Shown: positions 41,300-52,490 of the stretch, piece by piece
How the letters are laid out: each line of letters begins with the position of its first letter
Numbering within the stretch: position 1 is the stretch's first letter
Origin: the human T2T-CHM13v2.0 reference genome, Homo sapiens
Strand: one strand, 5' to 3'
DNA length: 64,000 nt
Assembly (NCBI RefSeq): GCF_009914755.1
Contig: NC_060941.1
The notes under the pieces: model-generated
What the model was told of the DNA's origin: nothing
Database searches by the model: none
Seen by the model: only the letters and a program-made list of their open reading frames with translations
Position numbers and translations under genes: made by a program

Positions 41300-43837
41300 G
41301 TATCCTTTCCACAAGGTACTCATTCCCTGGCCCTCTAAGTGTTTCTGTGTTCCTCAGCTGCAGTCTATTGCAGAGAGGTAGAGCTGGTTTCTCAGCAGGC
41401 ACAGATAACATTGTCTCTGATTCTTGCAGCAGCATTTGCTAAAGATATTGCTTCTTGTATGGTGTTTGGAGAGCTCAGAGTGTGATTTCTGGGCCCAACC
41501 ACATGAAGTGTCTGTAATTTTGGTCACTGGAGAGCAGCTCTTACTTTCCTAAGAAGTTTCCTAGGCCTTGAAATTGTCAGGCCACAGAATTGGGGATCTG
41601 GAAGGAACTTCTTATAAAAAGTGCTTGTTACAGCTCCCTCAGTCTACAGAAGGAAAAAGGGCTCCCAAAGAGGTGATAGGACAGAGGCACATAGGTGGTT
41701 AGTGGCAGAGCAGGTGCTGGAACTCAGGCCTCTGCATTTCCAGCTCTCTCCGCCTCCCCCATCTCAGTAGACCCCACAGCAATCCCTCCTTGATTGTTGG
41801 CTCTGGACACTGACTGTAAGCTTCTTCCCCTCAATGTCCTTGTTTATGAAATGAAGCAGTTGAATGAAATGTAGGGAGGCTTGGCTGGCACTGTAAGGTC
41901 TTCAGAAGCCCCCTTAGGACTAAGCTGGGGGGCTAGGATGGAATTTTGGGGGTGAGTAGGATGGAAGTAGGATGACTCCTAGGTAAGATTTTGACTCCTT
42001 CACCATGCTCTTCAATCCCAGCAGCGGAGTGTTTTACAGGTTCAATTTCCATGTAAGATCCTTTTAGCAAAGGGTCTCTTGGAGTCAAAAAAAAGTTTGG
42101 AAGCCACTGAATTAGATGAACTGCCAACACTTCAAAGGTGTTCTGCCAAATTTTAATCACTATATCAAGATAATTCTTCCTCCGTGGAGTATCAGATGAT
42201 ATCTATCACATGAGCTGAGAAAGTTGGGGGAGAGAGTGGAACAATATTTGCTAAAAGGAAAAAGTAAAAGGTGTAGGAGAAAGGAACCCAGTGACAAATC
42301 AACATCTCTTTCCTGAAACATTTAAGAACTTTACTTATTAGTGTATAAGAGCATGGAGCAATAGACTGTCCAATGTGAGGGTGGGGCAACAGGGGGCGCT
42401 GTCAAGACACTGAGGTGGGACTGAACGCGGGTGGCTCACGCCTGTAATCCCAACACTTTGGGAGTCCAAAGTGGGCAGATCACTTGATGTCAGAGTTCGA
42501 GATCAGCCTGGCCAACATGGAGAAACCCTGTCTCTATTAAAAATACAAAAAAATTTAGCTGGGTGTGGTGGGCGCCTGCAATCCCAGCTACTCCGGAGGC
42601 TGAGGTGGGAGGATCACTTGAACCCAGGAGGTGGAGGTTGCAGTGAGCCGAGATCGTGACACTCTACTCCAGTCTGGGTGAGACTCTGTCTCAAAAAAAA
42701 AAAAAAAAAAGACACTGAGGTGGGTGGAGGCTGAGACGGCTGCCATGTTATAGTAAGTGTAATTGTGTTGTGCGTAGTGACTTTTTGATTATTTTAGGTT
42801 TTTGATTCCTTTGAGTGGGAAACCCAAAATTCTGTTTTATGAAAGTGTAACTAACAAACTAAATATCTGAGCTCCATCCAACTATGAAATTCTAAGTAGG
42901 TTTTGGAGCCAGATCTGGGATAAAAATTCAGGTTTCATCACTTCAGCTGGGATGTGGGATTTTTGGCAAGGTTCTTTTCCTCTCTGAGCCTCACTTTTGT
43001 CATCTGTAGTATGGGGATACTCATACCAAACTCACAGGGTCTTTGTAAGGATCCAAATTTAAGCTGTATGTCAAGTGCATGATGTTACATGATAAAGGCT
43101 CGATAAGTAGTGATTCCTGTTGTTTCATAGACTTTCATTATCCTCCCTAGAATAGTGCCGTAAACTTAAGGGTTCTTCTGTCAAGGCTGATGGACATGAA
43201 ATGGTTTTGTTATTCTTGGTAAACTAGTGTTAGCCCAGAGAGGACATCTGCCTACGAAATATTCATGTAGTCCCATGTCTTCCTATGGTCATCAGCTGTA
43301 ACATTGCTTGACCATTTACTATGCATAAAGGTCAGTAATTAGAGCATTGGGTGAGGCCAGAACAAAGAGGAATGACACCATTGTCTGTCGAGTGCTTACT
43401 CTGCCCAGGTCTTTCTCTAATGCCCCCACCAAGCCTGTCTGCAAGGCAGTGTTACTCCCTTTCCTACATAGGGAATCTGAGTCTCAGCAAGGCTGAGTAG
43501 CTTACCTAGGACCACACAGCTGTTAAGTGACCATTCCTCTGTCATCTCCCAGTGCCTTCTTGGAGAAAGGAAATGTGGTTTCCTCACATAATTAAAAGCA
43601 TGAAGGGATCACTCACAGGTAAGTAATACATGCTCTTTGGTGAGAATACTAGGTGGTGTGAGGCACAGTCTTGCAGTGCAGGTATGGAGACAGGGCACGT
43701 CAGTGAACTAGTGGTAGAAAGGAGCAAATGCCAAGTGGGAGGCACAGAATCACCTCCCTTTGCTTCCAGCTTGTGGCGCTTTCCTTCTGTCTGTCTACAA
43801 TGCTGGCGTTGGTGTCTTGCCTTGACTGGCCATGCAG
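41300..43837 (+). other. PCTP: U12-type (minor spliceosome) GT-AG intron 3 of PCTP
   Basis: 5' splice site GTATCCTTT matches the U12 consensus RTATCCTTT. Branch site TTGCCTTGAC (consensus TTCCTTRAC) has its A at 43825, 12 nt from the CAG end. No polypyrimidine tract. Confidence 0.92.
42420..42710 (+). mobile_element. AluS inside the U12 intron
   Basis: Full Alu; 16-bp TSD AAGACACTGAGGTGGG at 42404-42419 and 42709-42724. Confidence 0.93.
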
Positions 43838-44009
43838 TATGTCTACCTTCGGCAGCGGCGAGACCTGGACATGGAAGGGAGGAAGATCCATGTGATCCTG
43901 GCCCGGAGCACCTCCATGCCTCAGCTTGGCGAGAGGTCTGGGGTGATCCGGGTGAAGCAATACAAGCAGAGCCTGGCGATTGAGAGTGACGGCAAGAAGG
44001 GGAGCAAAG
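43838..44009 (+). CDS. PCTP: PCTP coding exon 4
   Basis: Acceptor catgcag|TAT. Translates YVYLRQRRDLDMEGRKIHVILARSTSMPQLGERSGVIRVKQYKQSLAIESDGKKGSK plus 1 nt (within ORF 43832-44158). Donor AAG|GTAAAA. Confidence 0.96.
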
Positions 44010-44905
44010 GTAAAACCCATGGTGCCTGTCAGTGCACCCAGCCAGGGGTCCCCCACGGGAGGGCCAGGCTGATGGGGGGACATGTCGAGTACATGAAGCG
44101 TATCCCTGAAGGTCAGAGGACAGGCAAAGCTGCAGAGCAAACCAGGATCAGCACCTAGAGAGAGCCTCATTCCACCCCAACAAACTTGAGTAGAGTATGA
44201 GGTTGATGTTTAACTCTGACCCAGTCTATTTTCTCCAGACTCATGGATTGTCCAGATGAAACCAGACCATTATAAGTAAGCCAGAGAGTTTAGAAAGTCA
44301 CTTCCAGCTGGTCCTGTGGATACATACGCTGGGCCTAAGGGTAGGCAAGAAAGCTGGCAGGTTTGTCTTGGAGGTCTCAGCTCTGGCTCAGTACCAACTC
44401 AGAGCTACTCAAGACCTGCCCAGCTTGAGTTTCAGCCCCCAGGGAGGAAAGCTGCAGACAGAGAGTGGGGTGCGAGGCCACCTGCTCTACCAGAATGAGT
44501 GTGGCCTTGAGTCCTAGGCAAAAATCTGAACTATAGTTAGATGGTCACCTTGAATATGTCACCTAATTTTTATGAGTATCTGTTTCATCAGTTATAAAAT
44601 GGGATTAATTTTACCATCTCCTTAGGATTGCTAGAATAATTGAATGAGAGGCTATATTCAAGTGTCCAGCACTTGCCAGGTATTTAATAAATAGCAGCAA
44701 AATGTGTCTATGGCTGTTTTCAAAAGTGCCTATATTTAAGTATGCCATAAGGGCAGTCAATGGAGAGAAGTCCATCTGAATTATATGCTACCTCCCTCTG
44801 CAGTTTCTGAGCTTGAATATGAAGATATAAAGTTTGCACAGTTTTGTTGCTATATTTTTCTGGCATTTTTCCTTTTTCTGAATTGTCCTTTCTTTCCCTC
44901 TCTAG

Positions 44906-44973
44906 TTTTCATGTATTACTTCGATAACCCGGGTGGCCAAATTCCGTCCTGGCTCATTAACTGGGCCGCCAAG
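44906..44973 (+). CDS. PCTP: PCTP coding exon 5
   Basis: Acceptor tttccctctctag|TT. Translates (V)FMYYFDNPGGQIPSWLINWAAK, a START DPxGxIPxWxxN-like motif. Donor AAG|GTGAGA. Confidence 0.97.
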
Positions 44974-46148
44974 GTGAGATCCCAGGAGGTGGGGCGGGGG
45001 GAGGGATGGGGGAGTGTGTTTGACAAATGTTGACTTAGCCCGCGGGGCTGTCAGGCTGAAGAGACACATTGTCTCAGGCGTAATGAGGCTCTTTTATGAA
45101 GAGTTTGGTTGAGTGACTCTGGTTAGGGCTGGGGCTGCCAACATCCAAGACGGAGGCTGGGACAAGAGACAAAGAATTGTCAGCTTGGAATGCCAGCCTC
45201 TCCCTGCTTGTGCCCCAGGACCCCGCCAGAATCACTCTCTGGAACTTCTGGACAATAGTCTGCTCTTAGTAGGAACAATAGTGCCTTTGGAGCCTATATT
45301 CCTCTGCTTACTGGGGAATAAGACAGACTGACCTGGCTTGGAGACAACCAGATGTGTCCAAGCCTGAGGAAAGCTTCCACTTTTGTTGTTGTTGCCCTTT
45401 TTTTTTTTTCTTTTTCTCTATAAGGGAGGGAACTGCAGTGGTAGTTTGTATCACTAGAGACTGCCCAGGAGCCTGGCATTATGGGGACCATCAGCCTGCT
45501 TTGCACAAGATCTACTACTAGAGAGCTCAACAGATTCCTTGGAAGAGTGAAAAAGCACATCAACTTTGGAGTCAAACAGACGCAATTTCAAATCCTGGCT
45601 CTGCTGCTGACTGTCTTGTTTTATTTAAGGAAGCCATGCATTTCTTCCTTTTTAAAAATGAAGATAGTTGTCTTCTACTGCATAGAGGGGGAGTAAATAA
45701 GACAATATTTAGGAAAAGTCTTGCCCAGTGCTCAACATTAACTAAATAATAATATATCCTGCTCCTTGATCCCCAATCCTTACCATTTTCTAATTCAATA
45801 AAGCAAGTGCTTTCATTTCTTTGGAAGAATGTAACAATCCAGCCCAAGCCCATTTCTTGTGTTTTCTTTTTTCCAGAAACACTGTTTCAGAAACATCTTC
45901 GCTTTTTCCTAGAAAAAGCTAACATATAAGGCCTTTTTGCAACAGAAGTTCCTGTTGACTGGTCTTACTTTTGTCCTCAGTCCTACTTTTTGTCATCATC
46001 TGCAACAACATTCTGTTGAAATCCAGTTAGGGAGCCTATTCATTTTTGTTCGTCCTAAAGCCAACATTGTTTACCTTCTGCCACATCCCAAAGAATCAAG
46101 AGTGACCACTGTGAAGACATAGAAATGACAGTCTCATTTCCTTTGCAG

Positions 46149-46214
46149 AATGGAGTTCCTAACTTCTTGAAAGACATGGCAAGAGCCTGTCAGAACTACC
46201 TCAAGAAAACCTAA
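46149..46214 (+). CDS. PCTP: PCTP coding exon 6 (last exon, ends at TAA)
   Basis: Acceptor ctttgcag|AAT. Translates NGVPNFLKDMARACQNYLKKT*. Exon lengths 141+118+80+172+68+66=645 nt, i.e. 214 aa plus stop, with consistent phases. Confidence 0.97.
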   Translation, partial: NGVPNFLKDMARACQNYLKKT

Positions 46215-47490
46215 GAAAGAGAACTGGGAACATTGCATCCATGGGTTGATGTCTCTGGAAGTGCAACCACCCAATGTCTCTGGAAGTGCCACCTGGAAGT
46301 GCCACCTGGAAGTGTCTCTGGAAGAGCACCCACCACTGTTCAGCCTTCCCCTGCTGTTTCTGTCTTCAGAGGCCTACACACTACCACATCCTTTCTAAGC
46401 ATGTTTGCCTGACATCCAGCTCACTCGTCTGCTTCCTTTCTCGCTCCCCCCATCCTGGGCTGGGCTGCCTTCTTCTACAGTTCAATATGGGGCAGACTAG
46501 GGAAACCTTTGCTTGCTTACTATTAGGAGGGGAAGTCTTCAGTAGGGAACACGATCATTCCATTGTGCAATTTTACGGGGATGGGTGGGCGGAGGGACAC
46601 AACAAAATTTAAGAATGACTATTTGGGCGGGCTGGCTCTTTTGCAGCTTGTGATTTCTTCCAGCTTGGGAGGGGCTGCTGGAAGTGGCATTTCGTTCAGA
46701 GCTGACTTTCAGTGCACCCAAACTGGATGACGTGCCAATGTCCATTTGCCTTATGCTTTGTGGAGCTGATTAGGCTGGGATTTGAGGTGATAATCCAGTA
46801 AGTCTTTCCTCGTTCCTACTTGTGGAGGATCAGTAGCTGTTATGATGCCAGACCATTTGGAGAAGTATCAGAGGCCTGACCGGACACATAATATGACAAC
46901 CACATTTTTCCTCATCATCCATGAGGAAATGGATGATTTCTCTTTTCCATATGTCACTGGGGGAAAGGCTGCCTGTACCTCTCAAGCTTTGCATTTTACT
47001 GGAAACTGAGGCGTCAAGATGGCTGTGGCAGCTAGCAAAAGCAAAGATGCTTTGTGCATAGCCTTGTGAAAAAGTATCTTTCTATGCAATAAGATGAATT
47101 TTCCTCCCAGAATATTTAGAAATGTAGAAGGGATAACAGTTCACAGCCAGGTAAAATTTAACTGGTGGCTTAATGACTCTGCACCTTTTTCTCAGGAATT
47201 CTGCCTAAGTTGTCTGCCTTTTCTACCACCAAAAAGACTTTTAGTTTTCTATGCTTTCTCCTGAATTTTGGTAGGGTAAGGTATTTCTATGTCAAAGGCA
47301 CAGCCTTGATGATCTCAGGGAAAAATTTTAATCACTGTGTATAATGATACTGAACCTTGATTAATAACAGAAATTCAGGATGTAAAGCCACAGAATGGGA
47401 TTTATTAATGTGGGATACCTCAGACTGTTTGTTTTCTTTCTGGGAAGAAAAGTGTGTTCTATAATGAATAAATATAGAGTGGTTTTTACT
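46215..47490 (+). other. PCTP: PCTP 3' UTR (3' end approximate)
   Basis: Largely repeat-free sequence from the stop codon to AATAAA at 47467-47472, followed by GT/T-rich downstream sequence. Confidence 0.8.
47467..47472 (+). terminator. Polyadenylation signal AATAAA of PCTP
   Basis: First canonical AATAAA I found after the stop codon. U/GU-rich tract downstream (ggtttttacttgtcctgtgt). Confidence 0.8.
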
Positions 47491-50400
47491 TGTCCTGTGT
47501 ACCACTTCCTTCCTACCTTCTTCCTTTTGTGAGTGTGCATCAGTTAGATCTCCTTTATTTGCAAGTGATATTCAGCCTAATTTGTAGACTTAAACATAAA
47601 ACATAATTTTGGGCTTACTTATATGCATGATCAGGTGTAGGTATCTTCATGTAGGGATCAATACAGGTGCTCAAACTGAGATTAGAATTCAGATCGTTTA
47701 GTATTGGTCTGCATTTCCTGGTAGCATTGTCGCTAACAGCAATAGGTAGGTTTGCATCTTCCTAGGCTCATGCCAAGCAAAACAAAAAAGACAATGTTTC
47801 TTTCTAGTAGGACCTGCACTATTCCATAACTTAGAGCACCTCTAAAACATATGCTTATCTATGCCCTGCTCATTATGGTCATCTGGATAGAATTATACAA
47901 GTAAGTGAATGCCTCATAAAATTATCATTAAAATATCATTATCAGTAATGTAGCTGAAATCTATTCTAGATAAACTAAATCTGAATACTTCCTGTTAATA
48001 GAAGTCAAGTTGAAATCTTATGAATAGATTATTTGAAATAAAAGCACTGAGATTATAGTCACTGAAAGAGAATTGGCATGAAATGGTGTCATGTAAACCA
48101 TTTCTTTAAATAACATTAAATAATTTGCTAAGAACTCTGAAAATACTAAGAATGCTGAGTTTCTAGGTAAGGTACTTATTTTAAAAGGTTACAGTGTTTG
48201 CTGTAATGAATGGAGTTAAGACTTTTTAGCATTTTTACTTGCTAATTTAGAGTAGTGGACAGTCCTCACGAGCTGAGGTTATGTAGGAAACTGAAAACTC
48301 TTGAGCTATAGTAAGTGCCAAAGTCAAAAAAAAAAAAAAAAAAAATAGAACTGGTGGTTTAGGCCTTTACTTAGAGGGACTTGCACCTGAGTTCTCAGGG
48401 TATGTTTTTCTGCAGCAGCTGGATGTATCACTTGGAATTTATAAGTTATATTGTCATTCCTCTAGCACTTTGTTTTACTTATTTTTCCCATATCTGTGTT
48501 TCCAAGTAGACAACCAGCATTTGTGGATAGAAGCAGTTATATCACTTTGATTACTGGTCCTTGGGGTAGTATATAGTAGGCACTCGAATGGTGACTAAAT
48601 GAGTGAATGAATGATTTAGAGAAGATTGACCAAATGGCATGAACCTGGAAGACTAAATCCATTCAGCTATAGAGGCTCAATCCCCATGGATTCAAGCCAA
48701 ATTATTCCCCAAGTCAGCGTTTTGTGGGGTGCGGGGTGGGCGGGGGCGGTTTCTAGATTTCCCAGGTTCCCATTGGTCCTTCCTTGAAGTACCAAGGTCC
48801 TCTCTCTGTTAAGGGGTGGCTTTGCTGGTGTGGCTATGGGTTATAGTATAATGTTAGAGAAATGGCACAGTTTGAATTGAGTCCGGCTGAGATTAGTCAG
48901 GATTCCAGTTGAAATTTAATGGCAAAAGTAGCACTACTGTTGGTGGTAAATTTTTTCCACAGGCAAATTATTCACACTGCATAACAATTCAAAGTTAATG
49001 ACCACCTTGGAACCGAGGAGTTCCAGCAGAGGGTCACTTCCCTTGAAAATGTTCCTATTTCACAGCAAGAGTCCTGGCCTGACTCCCTGGCTGAGATTCC
49101 TCACCCAGAATCCCCATCTATAATGCCTGCCCTTCCAACCTCCCACTTCCTAGCTGGACTTGCAAGAGATGAGGCAGGAAGAGCCCCATTCAGTTCTCAC
49201 ATTTCTAGTGGCACCACCCAGTCACCTCAGAGAATTATCTTTAAATGCATCGAGACATTTAGTTCTTTAACAGATATTTCTCAAGAGGCTGGAGTCCATC
49301 AGCATTGGGATAGGCATGGCATTTGTGGGATGAATGAGAAAGATATGGTGCCTGCCCTTAAGGTGCTTATGGTCTAATGAAAACTCAGTGAATAAGCTGC
49401 TGAAGGATGATAAGTGCTCAGAAAAGGAAAATAAAAGGTGCTGTCAAAAAAAGGGCAGTAACCAAGTTTGAGGAGCAGAGGAGAACATGTTGGAATTGTG
49501 GCTGGATGAAGGTTGCAGAAGAAAGCTGTTCATGACAGAAGAACCATTTGCACAAAACCTCTAAGGAGGAAGGACTCAGCAGGAGAGTCAGTCACATGTG
49601 AAGAATGACAGAAGGCCAGTGTGGCTGGAGCGCTGACATGAAGGAGAGGCATCTTGTATGTGGCTGGAGAAGTAGACAAGCCATGTAGGGTCCTGAGAGC
49701 AATGGCAAGGATTTGGGACTTTATCCCAAGAGTCTCAATAAGCTTTGAAAGATTTGAGATTGAGGAGTGACCTAAAAATATGTATTATTCTTAACACCAT
49801 TCATTTTTCTCCATGATTCCCCAGCATCTCTGACAGCCTCTCCAGTAGCATTGTGTGGGGCTACTCAAGGTGCTTTAAGCCCTATTACTTTGAATCCTCT
49901 CCATTGTGAGGCAGCATGCAGAGTAGCCCATACTTAAATCAAGTTTCCAAAGTGGAACATCAGCTTCTGAAGTTTAACTGAAAAACAAAAGGCTGGAGGG
50001 AGGGGACCACCCATGCACATCCCCTCTGTCTCTATTGGCCCATGTTGGGGCGCAGCATACCCTCCCACACATCTGCATCATGCAGCCCCTCAGAGCAGAG
50101 CCATTTAAGGGGCCAGAAGTGGGAGAGAAAAAATGAAAGGCAAAAAAATGTAAGCAGGACCACTTTCCCCAAGTTCCTTTTTTTTATATTCATCCTTAAC
50201 TGCAAGGAAGAACTTTTTTTTTTTTTTTGCTTGAGAAGACAGAAGCATAACATATTGTTTGTTTAGGTTGCAGAGTTTAGAACCAACAAAATGGGAGGAC
50301 TTCAGAAAAATTATTTACATTGCTCATCTATTTATATATGTGTATGTCCATGTGTGTCTCTTTGGATACACATAATAGATGCTGCATTTCATAAGATATA

Positions 50401-51607
50401 ATAATGGAACAACAATTAAACAGTACACTATGTAAGTACACTATGTAAACTTTCTAAGTTTCCTGTGTGATATGCCAGGCCCACTGCCAGGCAGTGGAGT
50501 ACATAAAGGTGGGATGCAGTGACTTTAGAATTAGTAGACAACAGATCCTGTAGGACAATGAGCAGTTTGCTACAAGCTCTTAAAGTATTACATTTTCCTT
50601 CCATCCGATGGTGGTTGCATCCTTTCTGATTATTATAAACACTTGTGCACATATTCCATGTCCTCTGCAGACTGCTATAATTCCTGAATGGAAGAATCTG
50701 CCCCACATTCATGTAGTCCACTGCTTAGCAATGGACCTGGCATGACATGTAGAAAACTTGGAGTCACTCATATAGCATACTGCTTAGTTGTTGTGTTATT
50801 GTATCTTATGATTGCAAAGTCAGTGCATTTTAGCTGAGTGCACAGCCACCCAGCCACCCTTGCAGTAAAGTGTGGCCATGGTATGTAATTCTGGCCAATA
50901 TCATATGAGCATAAATAATATGTGCCACTTCCAGCTCAGGATCTTAAAAGGAAAAGGTATGAACTCAGCTTGTTCTTGCCTCCTTCACCATGTCTGGGAA
51001 ATGATGAGAACTGGAACAAATGCCCTGGAATCAAGGATGAAAGCCTAGGATTAAGGATGACAAAATAACTCTGCCTCCCTTGGACTGTTACAAGAGAGAG
51101 AAATAGACTTCTTTCTTATTTAAGCCACAGCATGTAAAAAAAAAAAAAAATAGCAGCTTTGCCTATACCAACTCATGAATAGCTCAAAAAGAGTGTCCCT
51201 TTGGACCAGGAGATCAGGAACCAGCTCAAATCCTCCTCATCTATAGACTTTGGATCTCCTGGCCTGTGCCAAACAATAAGTGATCTGCAAATTTCTGACT
51301 TGTTCCAGTTTCATTTAATGTGGTCAATAAATGTTGGCTGTTATTAGCTGTTACTCCCAATTGTACATCTCTATGTGCCTCCCGTTCTCCTGCCCCATGC
51401 TTTGCCTCAGGCTACTCTTTTTGTCTATGTTGGAAATCTTCCCCAACTTTTGTGAAATTTCTGTCAAAATTGAAGGCTTACTATAAATCTATTCCCTCTA
51501 AGATATTCCTTGGATTTAGAAAAAACTTAATCTATGATGGTGCTGAATAAATGAAATCCAGCACCTTCAGATTGGAGCTACTTCTATGAATCACCTTTGA
51601 TAGACAC

Positions 51608-52490
51608 TGTATTAGTCCAGGTTCTCCAGATAAACAAAACCATCAGGATATACACCTTGTCATGCACCACATCATGATGTTTCAGTCAACAACAGACTGC
51701 ATTCCAATTCATACCACTAACTAAAAACAAATAAACAAAATAAACTAAAAACCCCAACAATATGTATGGCAGTGGTGCCATAAGATTATAATCCTATATT
51801 TTTAATGCACCTTTTTAAGCTACACTAATACATACCATTGAGTACTGAATACTGTAGGCAATTAAAACATGTTGTACAGGTTTGTAGCCTAGGAAAACGG
51901 GTTACTCCATATAGCCTATTTTTGTAGTAGGCTATACCATCTAGGTTTGTGTAAGTATACACTATGATGTTTGCACAATGACCAAATCACCTGACACATT
52001 TCTCAGTATGTATTCTGTTGTTAAACAGCACCTGATTGTGTGTGTGTGTGTGTGTGTACATGTATGTGTGGAATTATGGAATTGGCTCATACAATTACGG
52101 AGGCCGAGAAGTCCCAAAACCTTCAGTTGGCAAGCTGGAGACCCAGGAGACCTCATGATATAGTTCCAGTCCAAAAGCTGGCAAGCTGGAAAGTCAAATA
52201 AATTATGTTTCAGTTCAAGTCTGAAGGCCAGAAACACCAGTATCTCAGCTCAAAGCAGTCAGGCAGGAGGCATTGCCCCTTCCTCAGAAGAGGGTCAGCC
52301 TTTTTGTTCGATTCAGGCTTTCAGCTGACTGGATGAGAACCTCCTATATTGGGGACAGCCATCAGCTACTCAATTCAAACATTAATCTTATCCTCAAACA
52401 CCCCTACAGTCACACTCAGAATAATGTTTTACCAAATATCTGGACAGCCCATAGCCTAGTCAAGTTGACACATAAGATTAAACATTATAC
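51608..52490 (-). mobile_element. MLT2 (ERVL) LTR with a nested Tigger3-like element at about 51653-52036
   Basis: tgtattagtccaggttctccaga ... agtcaagttgacacataagattaa. Internal ctaggtttgtgtaagtatacactatgatgtttgcacaatgac is Tigger3/MER7-like. Confidence 0.75.

Noticed and set aside
43630-44170. Overlapping ORFs (117 aa +, 156 aa -) at exon 4
   Set aside because: Shadow frames of the PCTP exon; only 43838-44009 fits the spliced protein.
46251-46330. Repeat-spacer pattern as a CRISPR-like array
   Set aside because: Units are 9-13 nt with no unique spacers, in a mammalian 3' UTR.
49021-49040. CTCF-like ccagcagagggtcac
   Set aside because: T replaces the highly conserved C of the core; too weak without data.
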